NCBI GenBank assembly: GCA_051294905.1
Contig: CM119383.1
Coordinates: 8,494,001 to 8,558,000 of the forward strand
Length of the DNA stretch: 64,000 nucleotides
DNA from: Botryllus schlosseri
Taxonomy: Eukaryota
Direction of reading: 5' to 3'
A program made the translations under genes and the position numbers. Positions 1-13,900 of the stretch are shown here, in pieces. Within the stretch, counting starts at the first letter, position 1; every line of letters starts with the position of its first letter. The notes under the pieces were generated by a model. That model saw only the letters and a list, made by a program, of their open reading frames with translations, ran no database searches and was not told the DNA's origin.

Positions 1-781
1 CATTGTGATAAGTTTTATGTCACATTGGAGCTGCTAAGTCACGTCACTCTTGATAACATTTCAACAACAGGCGTCATTGTCGTTACATTATTACACCAAC
101 GTTGCAATGTTGTTATTGTTAACGATATCTGGTTGCATACACGTGTCACTATTCTCACATTACTAAGGCAGTGTGAATGAGCATCAGCAGTTGAGCACAA
201 ACGACATTGAAAGGGTGTACGTCAGCAACGCCAGACTTCTGTCAACAAACATCATCATCGATATGGTCAATATCCGAAACACATAAAATCCAATGTTGAA
301 ATCATGTTAGGATATGGCATTGATCCGCTAAACAATGTCAAAGGGACTGCAATCAGATATACCGATATCCTCTATGTAATATAAATTTGGTAATTGACCC
401 ATGGAAATCAAATTGACACAAAATAACATGCCCAAGTCCTAATCCATATTCACAGTCAGCAAGTCAACATCTTAGCCCTAATATGATTAAATTATCAAAT
501 AAATACTGTTTGTTCAAGTTCAAATCCATGCTATCGATTAACTAAACTGGAGGTATGACAGCAATATTATGATATCGGATATTCAAGGGGCAGTAACTTT
601 GCGAGAATAGGAAAATCTTATCAGTTTCACATCTGTAAATAGAACGCCAAAGCGGTTGAAACGGTGACTATCCTATTTCAATGACGCGACTGCCATCAGA
701 CGCAGGTGACAGAGGCCTCAAGACACTGACTAAGGAATTGTGTACAAATGTTTCACTTCAAAAGATCCATTGTATTCGTAC

Positions 782-3700
782 CAGCCCATTCTTTCCGACA
801 ACCCCTTCCATAAAGAATCGGTCCGGACGTTTCTCTCAATTAGCCTTTTCCAAAGCATTCCTTCTTGAATGACCCGATACCATGTGTGACACACAAGCTC
901 CGCGGCGCATAGCGACTTGGCGTCAAGGTAAGTTAAAATATTTTCGGCCACATGCGGCATGCCCCGGCCTGCAAAGCGATATCGGAAAGATGGTATCGTT
1001 TCGATCTATGTCACACGGGGTACTGACCTGGAAGTGCGGTTATGAAATCTCTCTGTAGCATGGGCTTCAGAAATGAATTGATTTGGCCGTGCTGGTGATG
1101 GCACATACGTGATAATAAATGCGTTACAAAATCAACCTGTCGCAAAACATAAAATCATTCAGCACAATGAAGAGCGTATCAAACAGTAGAGAAAATATCA
1201 ATAATCGATGCTATAGATATTATAATCATATTGACAGACGACAATAGCAGGCTACTAAAAACTAGAACCAAGTGCATTGAAAATGGCATTGCACCATTCA
1301 GTAATGAATTGACTCTCTCATCACCTAATAACTGAAATATAAGTATCAAAATGGACAGATGCGGACCAGGAACGTCGCAATCGGTTCAATTACTTCCGTA
1401 TATCGCTATTATACGTAAATCGCAACAATTCATGATATTCAATTCGAGCGCGGATCAAACGCATTACGAGATCAAGGGCTTTTGACAGAACCTTACCACA
1501 AAACTCTGCGCAAGCGAACAACAGACCACTTTGTAGTACCAAACAAATGCAACAAAATTAACATTGGCGAGAGAAATGAAATGTAATCGCCTCTCTACTG
1601 GATAAGCAACTATATTTGAAATGTACTGCTTTGCGAAATATTTCAGTTGTCTTTTCATACCGATATTCAACTAGAGTTGATCTATCAGTCTTTCCAAGAT
1701 ACGAAAACATTCACAACTTAATTCTACTGCATACTTACAGTATAATTATGATACTATTTAAAATTATTCCCGCATATTTATATTAAACTGGGAATGTTGC
1801 ATTGTGTGTGTAACGTGTATTGGTTTGTGCAGATCTCGTGTTGTATCCAAAATGAACAGTTTTGCGTGCACAGTATTTGTTGTTGGGTTTCTTATTTATT
1901 TTACACTGTGATTTTGTGATATGCAAACACTGTACGAGTGTACGACTGTACGTACTCCTACAGGTGCAGACTGTGTACTAAGGCCTAACGACCCCTCGTC
2001 GCCATCCTGGCCCATACCGGACTTTTACTGGTGGGACAAACAAATGAATCCATCTATCCTTTCTATTGACATATACTTAAACAAAGTGCGAGCAGACAAT
2101 GAATGGATTTAGCAGTTCCTAGAAAGACTGCAACTTTTTGGACCAAACTACATGTAAATGGGGTCAAAGGATACTCCTATGACTTCATACAAAAGTTATT
2201 TGGTAAATAAGCTGAAGTTGCAGTGTTTGAACAATTAACATTATTAGTGCCATATCCTTCAGCTTATCCCTATGCGATAGAACAGCAATCATAAGCCATA
2301 AACCTAAGAGTTATATGTAGATTGTAGGTAGACGCAGCACTTGACTCATTGTGTGCCGAGGAGGTAAAATAAGGAACAGCAGCGCTAAACCAACCTGCTC
2401 GTGTTCCGACCACGTATCGAAATGCTTTGTACAGGCGCTTTTTTCTTCTTTATACGCTTCGCTAAAACTTTTCGTTACCGGGATTGGTTCGTCAACCGAT
2501 ATAATGGAGTCGGTCGAATAGCGAATTTTCGAAGTCGGACTGTACATGGACGTCGTGAATCCGGCGGTTCCGAAATAGGCACTTGTGCTGTGGTTTGTTG
2601 ACATACTCCCAATGTCTTTATTCGTCAAAGTCTCCATCGTAGTGGCTTCAGTCAATCCCGGCTCGAGTGAATCGCTATTCTGTAATGGTGGAAATGATGA
2701 TGCGTAAATCACAAGTGGCGTTTTTAAAAATGCAACTTCAATAGGGGGTCATTATTGAATACATTTTCACTTTTCATTCCATGTTATGGAGATTGATAGG
2801 CTTTGTGAGATACGGATTGATTACGACCATGCTGAATTTGACAACTTGCCATGATTTCATTCCGTAAGCATTACTGGTAGAACTGCAAGTACCTTCAGAT
2901 CTACTGGCACAGAAAAAGACTGCTGAATTCCTACCAGGCTTTGTGCAAAGTCAAAATCAAATCTCCATACCTATTGTCATGGGTTATGAAACACTGCGCT
3001 GTACTATCCGTCAACTTTCCAAATTAGAGAAAAAAATAGATTTGATGCAGCACGAGTCTTTCAAATTATGGGGTGCCCGCTGCCAGCACCATTATTCCTG
3101 CGATGCTTAAAATAGCTGTCTTAAAAAATATTGAAATGAAATCGAAAATAAAATGCAGACACCGAAAATGGACATAAATACAATAATATTTTCCACTCTT
3201 CCTAGCACAAGAGACACTCATGCCAAAGAACAGCACCTTTCGGGGATCAAGTAATCATCAGATTATAACTGCCAAACATCTTTCCTGGTAGCACAAAAGG
3301 TGACAAAACCATAGACCTCTCGGCAATATCCTGCAACCCAGCAACGGCACCAGACAGAGTAGAATCAAGAGACTAATTTTCTAAACTCCATTCTATAAGC
3401 TAGGAGCAAAGCCATCCAATCAATCAACATACAGTGTACCATTTAGGAGTCTTATCGATACAAAAAATCAAACCTCATGGCTCATACCTTATACTTGGAA
3501 TGCGGGGGTTTATTACCATTTGCAAAATGCTATTCTGGAAAGGCAGAGTACAAAATGAACCATAACATTCAGCTTACATCCATGCAATGGCCACCTACTG
3601 TGCAGCCAGAATATTGATATGGATTGATCTAGAGACTGAAAACGATTATCACAGCACAAGAAATGCACCAAGATGAACTATAGTTGAAACTAGCCCACAC

Positions 3701-5273
3701 TTAGGTATCCCCTTGTGCGATGTTAACAGAATTGTTTGGGTGTGTTATTCTTCCTATGCTGTATAAGAAGTTTGATGCGCTAATTCAAAAATTCTTGCGG
3801 GTACATCTGCTAACACAATCAGTCTAAAGCTAAACTATCGTAGTGTCACTGCATATAAATAGTGTTTGCAGCAATTTGGAAATCCTATAGAAAACAATAT
3901 TGTACATCCGACTCAAGCTCGGAATACAAGGAATTGAATATTATATGGCTCGTGATTCAAAAGAAATAGCTACAAGTTTCTGAAAGGCTCACATGATAAT
4001 GGTTTAATATCAGAGTTGTCAGAGGTTTAGTCAACATGGGACAAGGTTTTTAAAAGGGCAAATCTACAATTATTGTACCTATAATGCAGCCGCACCTCCA
4101 AAGAACAATATTGTGTAATTCATGCTTTGCAATCACAATGCAATATCGCTCCCAGACCGGCAACTTATTGCCATGGCAGGATGACAGTGATGCAATAGTA
4201 TTGGTAATGGAGGTAATGAGCATGCCACAATTGGCTGAAACCATACCAAATTCAACAAAATGCAGTGAATTGCAGGAATAGGAAACACATTGCTGAAGAC
4301 CTATACAGAAATCAAATTACAATGGAAATAATATATTTCCCATGCCATTTAACTCAGGGTTCAAAAGTCAGAATGAGGTCACGACATATCACTAAGCAGT
4401 AATTTATAACAATCATATCACATCGGCATACCGTATATCACAACTCACAAGATATATATGTTTGCCTGAATTTGTTAAAATGCCTAACCGGGAACATATG
4501 TGTGAATGTTATTGGACTAGCTATGTCACCATCTCAATTTGCATTTGACACCAATCGGGATGAATAACAAAATTATCATCTGGCCAAAACATGACAATTC
4601 CATTCTCCCAACCTGCATATGTACAACAACCAAAACACAAAATATACGAGACCATCCGTTCCCTGTATGTATTGTACATAACAAGAATTCCACACAAAAT
4701 ATGGCTAGGCTATAATTGCAATATAATCGAATGCACATATGGTCATTACGTATTTTGAATTCAAATAATTAGTTAACATTATTCAGCTTTACAAGTGAAA
4801 TCTTTACCCCCATTTTCTGTTACAGTGCATTATTACAGTACATGATTATCGTGCATATTGAGATAATAAACCAATATTTCATACTCTGGGGGTATGTTGA
4901 CCGTGATGAATTGATGATGTCTCTCAAATTTACATTCTGTTGGAAAATGAAAATGTCTTCAGCAGATCTTTTTCAATTTTTTAAAGCAATTGCCAACGCA
5001 AAGCTGAGAAAATTCTATAGTACACTCCACGACTTGTCGATTTAAGAAATCATTGAATTCGTGGAATCTATGAATGGGGTAATGAACATACTTTCAAGGA
5101 CCCTATTGACATCAGGCTTATTTATTGCATAATACAGAGATTTTAAATTTAGTATCCCCAACCATCACCAATTGTGCAGGATAACTAACGCAAATCATCT
5201 TGACATGACTTACTGTTTCGTGTTGAATAGTTTCGTCTTCTGTATCCATGTCTGCCCGGTCCATTACAAACAT
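782..5273 (-). CDS. BTRC: beta-TrCP (F-box/WD40 protein FBXW1/11-like), 5' coding exons; gene continues beyond the left edge
   Basis: Exons with GT-AG ends and compatible phases: 5273-5214 ([20 protein letters not shown]), 2679-2395 (ends ...[18 protein letters not shown]), 1136-1028 ([36 protein letters not shown]), 968-782 ([62 protein letters not shown]). These match the D dimerisation domain and F-box of beta-TrCP. WD40 exons not seen in the window. The start ATG could be 5273 or 5264. Confidence 0.93.
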
Positions 5274-6746
5274 GTTCCGTTGCGGCGATGTGCTCTGAAA
5301 ATGGAATGAAACCATGACTGATTTTCAATTTAATTATGATTCGTTCAAATTCACCATACACAACACAGTAATTTGGTCTAGAATGATTTGTGAGCCTTAG
5401 ATGCGGTATGTCAACCACCACTGGGTGCTCTGGAGTTGAGGTGGTCAGATATTAAACATGTTCTCAAGTGTTCATCATTAGTATTACTTATAAAATTCGA
5501 CATATTTCTAATTCACTCAATATTTTCTTTTCTGGTCAGAAGTTACATTAGTACTCACATGTCCCCAGTCATAGACAAATATGTAATTGGTGTCCGTACC
5601 ATACAAAATCCTGCAAACTTGGTCAACTATTATCGCACACGGTCTAGTAGTGTTAAGCTGACAAGCTCAGATGCTCATATTCATATTGTCACTCGCATTT
5701 AGCTTGTATTGCTTTATATATAGGAATGATGGGTTGATTTGTATGCCCAATGGAATAGCACCATTCTATCCCACCAAACGTTGCTTAGTTTATATAGTTA
5801 TGCATGTACGATGGGTTGACTTGTATGCCCAATAGAATAGCAACACTAAAGCCCTCCAAACGTTGCGCAGTTGATCTCTTGCGGCAGATTTCACACATTG
5901 AAATACGAACTGCCACGCAGTTCCAGTCTTGTCAAGCAGCAAAATCGGATCCGACACAGGTCAACACAGCCAGTTTGCATGTAACTACTATGTTTGCAAC
6001 GTAGTTGCAGTGTAATCGATTGGCCTATCACTTCCCTGCAGCTTCATCTCGCAATTTTGTACCTACGCCATGCATCTGTATCTCATCCGTTCATGTATTC
6101 CATGTTTGATCTATTTGCAATTCTTAGTTGAAAAACCGGCATACTTTCACATCAATAAATAATAACGTCAGATATGCCATACACTTACCATTCGCGGCAT
6201 ATCAGTTTCGGATTCCGAAAAACAATCATCTCCGTCGCTGTCCATTTTCGGGCGGATATTTTGGAAACTTACAATATAGGACCAAATTGTTTGATGTGTC
6301 ACTGATAACTAATTTTCTATAAAAATAGGAAAATCGTGATTTTGAGCTCTTGGTGATATTGCACGGTAGAACAAAATGTGGGCCATTATTCAAGATTAGC
6401 GGCGAATTGTGACATGAATAGCCGAATACTACAACACTGAGCTATGCAAGCCTGTATCGCTGCCTGTGGTGAACAAATTCATAACATAACATAACACAAT
6501 AATGAAGGTGTTGAGGCAAGGTGTTCAACTGTTCATATAGCCCTTGATCTCTATATTCTCTATATTGGATCAAATAAATTTATCGAATATTCGTTAAAAG
6601 TCGAGTTATCTGGATAGATTTGAGATGTTTATGCATAAACAAAGCACTGTTAACATTTGATCTCTATTAATATAAACAACTATAGTAGAGCAAGTGATGA
6701 TAATGGCAGTTTTCAAATTCTCAATACACACCCAATTGCTCTAAAA

Positions 6747-7027
6747 CAGTGGTTCTCAAACTTTTTTAGACACGCCCCGCTTTATAATAGTGAAAGATTT
6801 CTCGCCCCCTTGTCATATCACAAAACGCAACCAGAATGCTGGCAATCCCAACGGCTAGTATGATGATATGGAAGGTTATTGCAGTTGATCTGATAATTCT
6901 CAAATATGAAATTCGGACTATAGACACAGCAATAACAATGAAATGGAGGTAAATCATGCGGAGCGCGAAAAAATATTCAGTTGATGTCAGCCCCAAGGGG
7001 GCGCGCCAGACAGTTTAAGAACAGCGG
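6747..7027. mobile_element. Non-autonomous hAT-type MITE (CAGTGGTTCTCAA family)
   Basis: Left TIR CAGTGGTTCTCAAAC, degenerate right TIR GTTTAAGAACAGCGG, flanks CTCTAAAA/TTCTAAAC. Its left interior is the reverse complement of the right interior of the element at 29751-30051. Confidence 0.7.
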
Positions 7028-10000
7028 TTCTAAACATTCAAACAAAGTATCATATTATTCGCTTCAAGTACAGCCTACTGGAAAACGGTAGACGGTAGGT
7101 CTTGTGTTATTATATACAGCAAATTGTACTGTAGCATACACGAGGAATTCCTGACCATGCGGAGAAATTGGCATGAAACATGTAAAAACATTGTGATTAT
7201 AGATAATATCATGCAGTCAAACAAGGATGTCCTTGTGATATGGATATGTTACAAAGGAGCAGAATGATGGTGTGAGCATGAATAATTTACCGATATCCAT
7301 GTCCACATAAGGATACTGTGGAGCAGAGTTACAATGCTGTTTCCAAGGTATTTAGTTTCAAAAAATGAAATTACACAGAATAGCCTATCACAGAGGTAGC
7401 CTACATTACAGTCCAATGTATAGCACAATGTTTATGGAATTCAATGCAGCCCTTTCAAATTGCCACGGAGCCTGTGCCATCAGCTCTGACTTTATCTGCT
7501 ACCATACATATTGGATAATGAGCAAATAATTACAGTTAGGTAAAATTTTGACATACCAAAATAGATTAGAAAGAAGCTGTAAGTAGAGTTTTGTCAGTGT
7601 CGGTGAATGATTATTATTAGTGGTACAATCTACTCTCAAATTGATAGATGTTACCATGCTCAGCACAACGAACTATAAAGGCCCAAATATGATACACTGA
7701 TAGTATACAAATATAAAGATTCATGTGATATCCACAGTCACAGAGAAAGCATTATCGTCATTTATGCAATGAGGTATTTTTACATAGTTTACAATAACCA
7801 TCACAATCAAAATCTATACATCAGCATTGAACCCAATCAGCAGACCATACCAGCCCTCTAATATTATTGTGACCTTAGCCGCACTGCAGTACATTGTAGA
7901 TTCTCATACCAATACTGTGAGATGGTGTATTTGGTAGTTAGGGTGGAGTTCATCAGCCCTATACCCATATAAATAGTCCAAGCTCATTCACGTGAGGCAG
8001 ATTTGAAAAGCCCAAGGTCAAGAAACAAAACAATGTATTTGACTATTTGACAACGTTCAAAGCTCATCTAAGGGGTTAATCTAAACCCATCTCAGTATTA
8101 TTTCAGAGAAATTTAGACCTTCTGAATAATCCCTAAATGGCAGAAAAACTGCATAAACACTCCATGTCACGTCTACAACAAACAAAAGAATTGTCATTTC
8201 ACATCAATATGATAGGACGAATTCAATAAAATTAGATTAGACTACAAACTTTCGACTTCTGATTCCATCACTTACTGACCATCTAATTCCAACATGCTAT
8301 CGAAACAGACTCCCATTAAAATCGAAAACCTCTTTCACGTCAGACCGCGCACCTATGAAGGATATATCCAACTGTCTGTGGCGGTTCCGCATCTTTGTTC
8401 CTAATTTACACCTCGCATCTTACTTGAGACGATCTTTCCGGTGTAGAATGATTACACCGCTCATCACAGCACGATACCAAATGGGCGGAATCTACAATTG
8501 AACTGAACTAACAACGTCAAAATGACGATATACCAACGATATCATCAATGATGAATTGATATTATGGAAAATTGGAAAATTGATCGCATAAAGTGGTAAG
8601 CGGCTGAAATACGTGAGTAGACTTGGGGAACACTGAGGAATGGCGTCACCAAATCTAGAAAAAAACCGCCGTTAGTGGCATTCATTTTCGACTTACGCCC
8701 GAATGTCAACTTTTCTGTGCCCGCGAGATGTCGCACCTGTCCGAGCTTTCTTGTTAGGACCGAGTCTTGATTGCCAGAGTCATTCTAATTTGTGATAAGA
8801 TGTAAGCTATATAAACGAGTATAATGGCCATATCCCTAATCCGATGCGATTGACGAAGCAAGACACTAGCAATTTGACGCCCATTACATTCCGAATTCCC
8901 TCAAGTTTCTCAAAACATGGTGGACGATTTTGCGTGTCATCCTCGCGCAGAGCAAATTACTGTCGATCAATATTGCTCAACCAATCAATCAATCAGGTTT
9001 ATTAATATTTTCATGGTTTCAAAACATCACAAGACTGCGATACAATGAGGTGTCGAAACAAATTGGAGTAGCTTGCAAGATCAGACACCCACCTTGGGCT
9101 ATCCCTAGGCGAAGTCTACGATGCGCCTGATTTATGGCCAAAATGCTTATCAAAGCTCATTCAACTCGGCTGTATCTAAAAGCAGTTATATTGCATTATA
9201 TTCGTAGCATCGTAATTCGTAAGAAGGGGACATCTTGAACGATGGTAGGGAGTCGAAAGTCGACCCCCTCCTACCCCAACAATGATAGCTATGCTCTTTG
9301 TGGTTGCTCATTACGGCTGTTAGCATTTGTTTTAATCCGCTTGCCAGCGATAACAAGCGACTTGCTACACAGATAACTAATCCCTTAACCCAGAATTATG
9401 AATAGTAGATTATCAAAGTGCTCTCTTATAAACCCTGGGTCCACAATCAGTGGTATCACCTCCAGCCTAAACATCACTTAAACGGCCTATGGTTGCTAAA
9501 TTGCAAGAGATCGAGGGATTAGAGATAGCCTACACGGTATTGCTGCTTCTCACTTGTTTGATTCTGTGATGTGGTTCATAGTTGTAACTGGTTCCCCCCT
9601 CAATTTCCCATTCTGGCTCTGTCCCACGGTACCAAAGGTAAAAGTTGGCAGATTTAAAAAAAAACTTGCCTTTAAACCGGTATATTCTCCTTTCTACCGC
9701 CGATTGAATTCATTTTCTGCCAGATATCACGACATAATGAATAGATGACAGTAAATCACACAAGCATCGTAGTGATTTATTCCTGTTGATAATTATTACA
9801 GCGTGAAAATATTTACTTCACAATGATCACACGTAAAGCATGCAGCCAGTAATCGGGCACAGTCAAAACATAGTCGCAGAAATATCGAAAAACAATAAAA
9901 ACACGTTCTTGAAAACCACCGCACATTCCAAAAGCATCATTGCACGCGCCAGAAACGGCCCAAAGCACCTTTTTGAAATAATGATTAATTTGAGAGCGAT

Positions 10001-10933
10001 ATGAATTGTACTATCTTAGGGCACTGAGTGAAAGTGATCGTTGGACAATGGAACACAATTAGAGATTTGTCGGTAAATGATTTGATCACAATTATTCAAC
10101 AATGAGAAACTATCGATGGCGTCCTACAAAAATAATGCGTAATATATGACTTCATGGGTGAGGCAATTAAAAAAATAGGGGGGTGAATATTGTCGTGGTC
10201 CCGACGGGTGACGTCGTTACCAACACAATGACATGGCGTGTTAAAATCTAAAAGCCTGCTATGTAACTCAGCTATCAACCTTTAAAAACTCTTTGTGGGG
10301 TGCAAGGTGGGTTAGTTTAAGTGAGCTGTTGACAGAGTCAAAATAAAATCACCCAGAAATTATCCGGAGAAACATAGGTGAGCACTGAGCATGTTACAAA
10401 ACATTTTCGCTCCCGACACATTGAAGAATTTCAGTTACATTCACCAGGATCAGCCTTTCTACAAGGTCACGATATCAATCACGTTACAGTTGAATACCAC
10501 ACTAACACTTCGAAGGTACGTTCAAGACCGAGACTCGATAGTCGGCCGTACTCTACATCGGGAAATGACAGAAGAAATTGAAGACACAGCTGGAGTGGAT
10601 TCGGAAAAAGTAATTAAGTATTGAAGCATCGTGTGACGACAGTTGGATCGAAATCAGAAGCGGCAGACTGTGTGAAACGAAAAAGCGTAAAAACACTAAT
10701 GTCATAAGCATGTCGGAGTGGGCAAAGCAGCTGTACATTCTCCCGACAAAAATATTTGCAGACCAGCGTGACTGGTAACAAAATCTCGGTCGTAACCGAA
10801 ACTAGTGGCAGACTGGGATGATCAACAAAATGATTTTGAGGACGTCGCCATAGAGATACACGTGCGGTAGAGGCTTTGGCAGGTCTGTAATTGGCCGTAT
10901 CTGCGTTCTCGGTACTATTTCGGAAACAAGCCT

Positions 10934-13900
10934 TCATTCCTTGTCCTTTTTGTCTTTCTTTTTGAGGAAGCTGAGCGAACGACGTTTCTGTTTCTTGCTT
11001 TCCTTCGGTTTTCCCTCTTTGTGCTTGCCTTTGGTTTCGGGCTTATGCTCGTCCGGGGTTTTCAGAGGACCCTCGTCTTCGGGCTGTGCTTTCGGGGCTG
11101 GGGTGAGAACCTCGCCGCTGCCTTTGCGCTGCGATTTTTTCTAGACGTAACGAAAGACACCAGAATTAGACATCGAAATGTCATGGGTATCAATGTAAAC
11201 CTACAATCATACATGATCTAATACATGTTAATATCCTCATATGCCGGTGATTGCGTAGACGCAATTATGGTTGGAGTTAACTGTGCGATTTTGGGTGCCC
11301 TAATAATATTTTCTGACCACACCATCGCAATTCATCAGGCCAGAGAAGGGTGGAGATCTCGCATCAATCTGACATCAGGTGAAACATGACTTTTCGCGCA
11401 CTATTAATCGCTGCAAGTGACTTGATCACTAGTGTAAGCATTAAGCAGCCTATAGATTTGTCAATAATGCTGATATACAGTCACTCACAAACACTAACAA
11501 AACTCCAAGCAAGTTGCTACAGAGATGAGAATTGAAGTGTGTGGTGAACACGCACAACAAAACATAAGTGCAACAATCGTGTCGTGATTGTGCTAGCCCG
11601 CAATCAGATATAAGCATGGATTCGGATTTTCAAGAAAGACATGAAATTTCTTTATTGTTTCAATCTTTATCTGACTATTGAACAAATATTAGTCATTACC
11701 GGTTTTAGCCTTGAATGTTCACACGATAAGAAAATATTCTGAACTTGAATTCACTCTAGGATTTGAAAATGTTAAATCCGCTCATAAACGACCCAAAACA
11801 CCGGACATGACAAAGGACAACAGTATTCAACATGTGGCCTAGTGATTGTGATGTAAAAGCTACCTTTGCTTTCTCCTTCGTAGGAGGAGACGGATCCGTC
11901 TGCAATTTGGTTGGTTTCGGCGTCTCTTCCTTGACCTCCACTGGTTTGTCAATGACGACTTGGGGAACAGGCTCGCGCTTCTCAGCCTCCGTCTCCACCG
12001 AAAGCGGCTCCGGAGCGATTTCAATTTGTACTTTATGTTCCACCTTTTCTGTTTCCTCCTGTTTGGAATCTGCGAATACACATATTGGCATGTGCGTAAG
12101 ACAGGGTTCTAACCAAGTCAATTTTACTTTTATAGCTTTGACCTGAATCAAGTCGAGTCATTTTCAATTCACCAAGCGATGTCGAGACTCGGGTCGACTC
12201 AAAGTCATATAATTTATTACTGTTCAGCACAGAGTTGTAACCAAGTCACAAGTCTCCGATTGACAAGTCAATCTCAATTTCCGAGTCCAAGTCAGTAAGT
12301 GGTATAAGGCCCTGCTAAGCTAAAAATCGCTATGGGGGAATTCATATCAGGCCTATTATATATGCACATGCACCTCTGTAAACAGTAAAACATCGGTACA
12401 AACACCATCGTACCCATGAGAGATCATCATCGTCTTTGGTTCATTAGCAATTTTTATCAGTTCAATACACCACAAAAATGCGATACAATGAAAAGACAGG
12501 GAGGTGTCGAAGCGACTTGGATTTGTCTATGGAATCAGACACCCACCTTGGCCTAGGCGATTTAAAGAGGAGGCATGCACACTGAATGAAAGTAAAGAAG
12601 ACAGTATAGAAAAAGAAGGCGACAAGAATAGGGCGGCATGTCATGGGAAGTGAGATCGATAGGTCAGTCGTGGTCCGGTAATCTTGAGGATGGACAGTAT
12701 TTATTTAATAGTAATTGCTTGAGTAATCTATGCAATCAGACACCCACCTTGGCCTCGGCGATGTAAAGAGGAGGCATGCACACTGAATGAATTGTAAAAG
12801 AAGATAGTATAGAAAAAAGCAAGTGACAAAAAATGGGGTGGCATGTCATGGAAGGCGAGATCGATAGGTCAGGTCGTGGTCCCGTAATCTTGAGGATGGA
12901 CTAGTATTTATTTAGTAGTAATAGACGACACGCACCATTAAAATTATCCCACTACACTCAGAGAGTTGACATGAAAATGAGCGCAACTGAAGTACTGCAG
13001 GGCTGGTATAGTTTACAGCGCAGGCGAATGAAACAACTGACGAAAAAGCTTTCTTACCCTCTTTCGGCTGGTCTGGCTCGTTGATTTCACCGACGCCGCT
13101 ATTTTCTTCCTTCAAGAAAACATCTGAAACGCAATCACAATACATATATTAGTATGCTACTTAAGGTCAGGATGAGGCAGATCAGTGCTGTTAGGTACGG
13201 AATATTTTGACAACTTAAGACGAGTGCCACAATTTTCTACTCGGACAGAATGGAAGCCAGCGCTTTCAAAAGCAGATCCAAACAGCCTCAAGTAGAAATG
13301 GAATGCCGAAAGCTATGAAAATGCGGCATCGAAAAGAAATTCGAGACAAGATTGCCAGATACATTTTTTTTCTCATAAGCACACGGTAAATTGCAACACT
13401 ATTCTACAAATAACAAGAACCCGAAGACTGCGCCGACCTTCGGCCTTGTCCGGTTCGGGTCGATCTCTCTGCGTGACTTCCAGCTTGTATTTCTCAATTT
13501 CCACATCGCTCACGCTCGCAAACGGATTTGGCGGACCGGTGACAATCGTCTGGCTGTGGTAGTCTCGCTGGATTATACCTTTGCTGGCGGTAAACACGCT
13601 GTCCTGTAAAGTAGAGGGATTGATTGACTGCAAGTCGAAACACGTGCTTATGCTGGCCACAACAGAACATTGCAGTTCTGGAGACGTCAATACAACAATT
13701 TCACATATAGAAAGTGTTTTAGCTTAAAAGATGATCAGTTAAACTATATAATGTAAACGTGGAATGGCAACGACCGATTTTGCAGCTTCGTTCCGCTTCG
13801 CTTAAGCTTTACTCAGACTTATTTTACGGCAGCTACTGTAGGATTTCTGGCAATCCAAAAGTTGTCTTCCAGAGCTCCGAATTTACTGAATCTGGCCTTG

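Noticed and set aside
4050-4738. Cys-rich or hydrophobic short ORFs in the beta-TrCP first intron
   Set aside because: No resemblance to known beta-TrCP alternative exons that I could confirm and no consistent splice phases.
10378-10624. Plus-strand ORFs opposite the adducin 3' UTR
   Set aside because: No recognisable motif, no supporting splice partners, broken by stops downstream.
10941-12146. Plus-strand ORFs 10941-11144, 11021-11221 and 11832-12146
   Set aside because: Antisense shadows of the Lys/Glu/Pro-rich last adducin exons.
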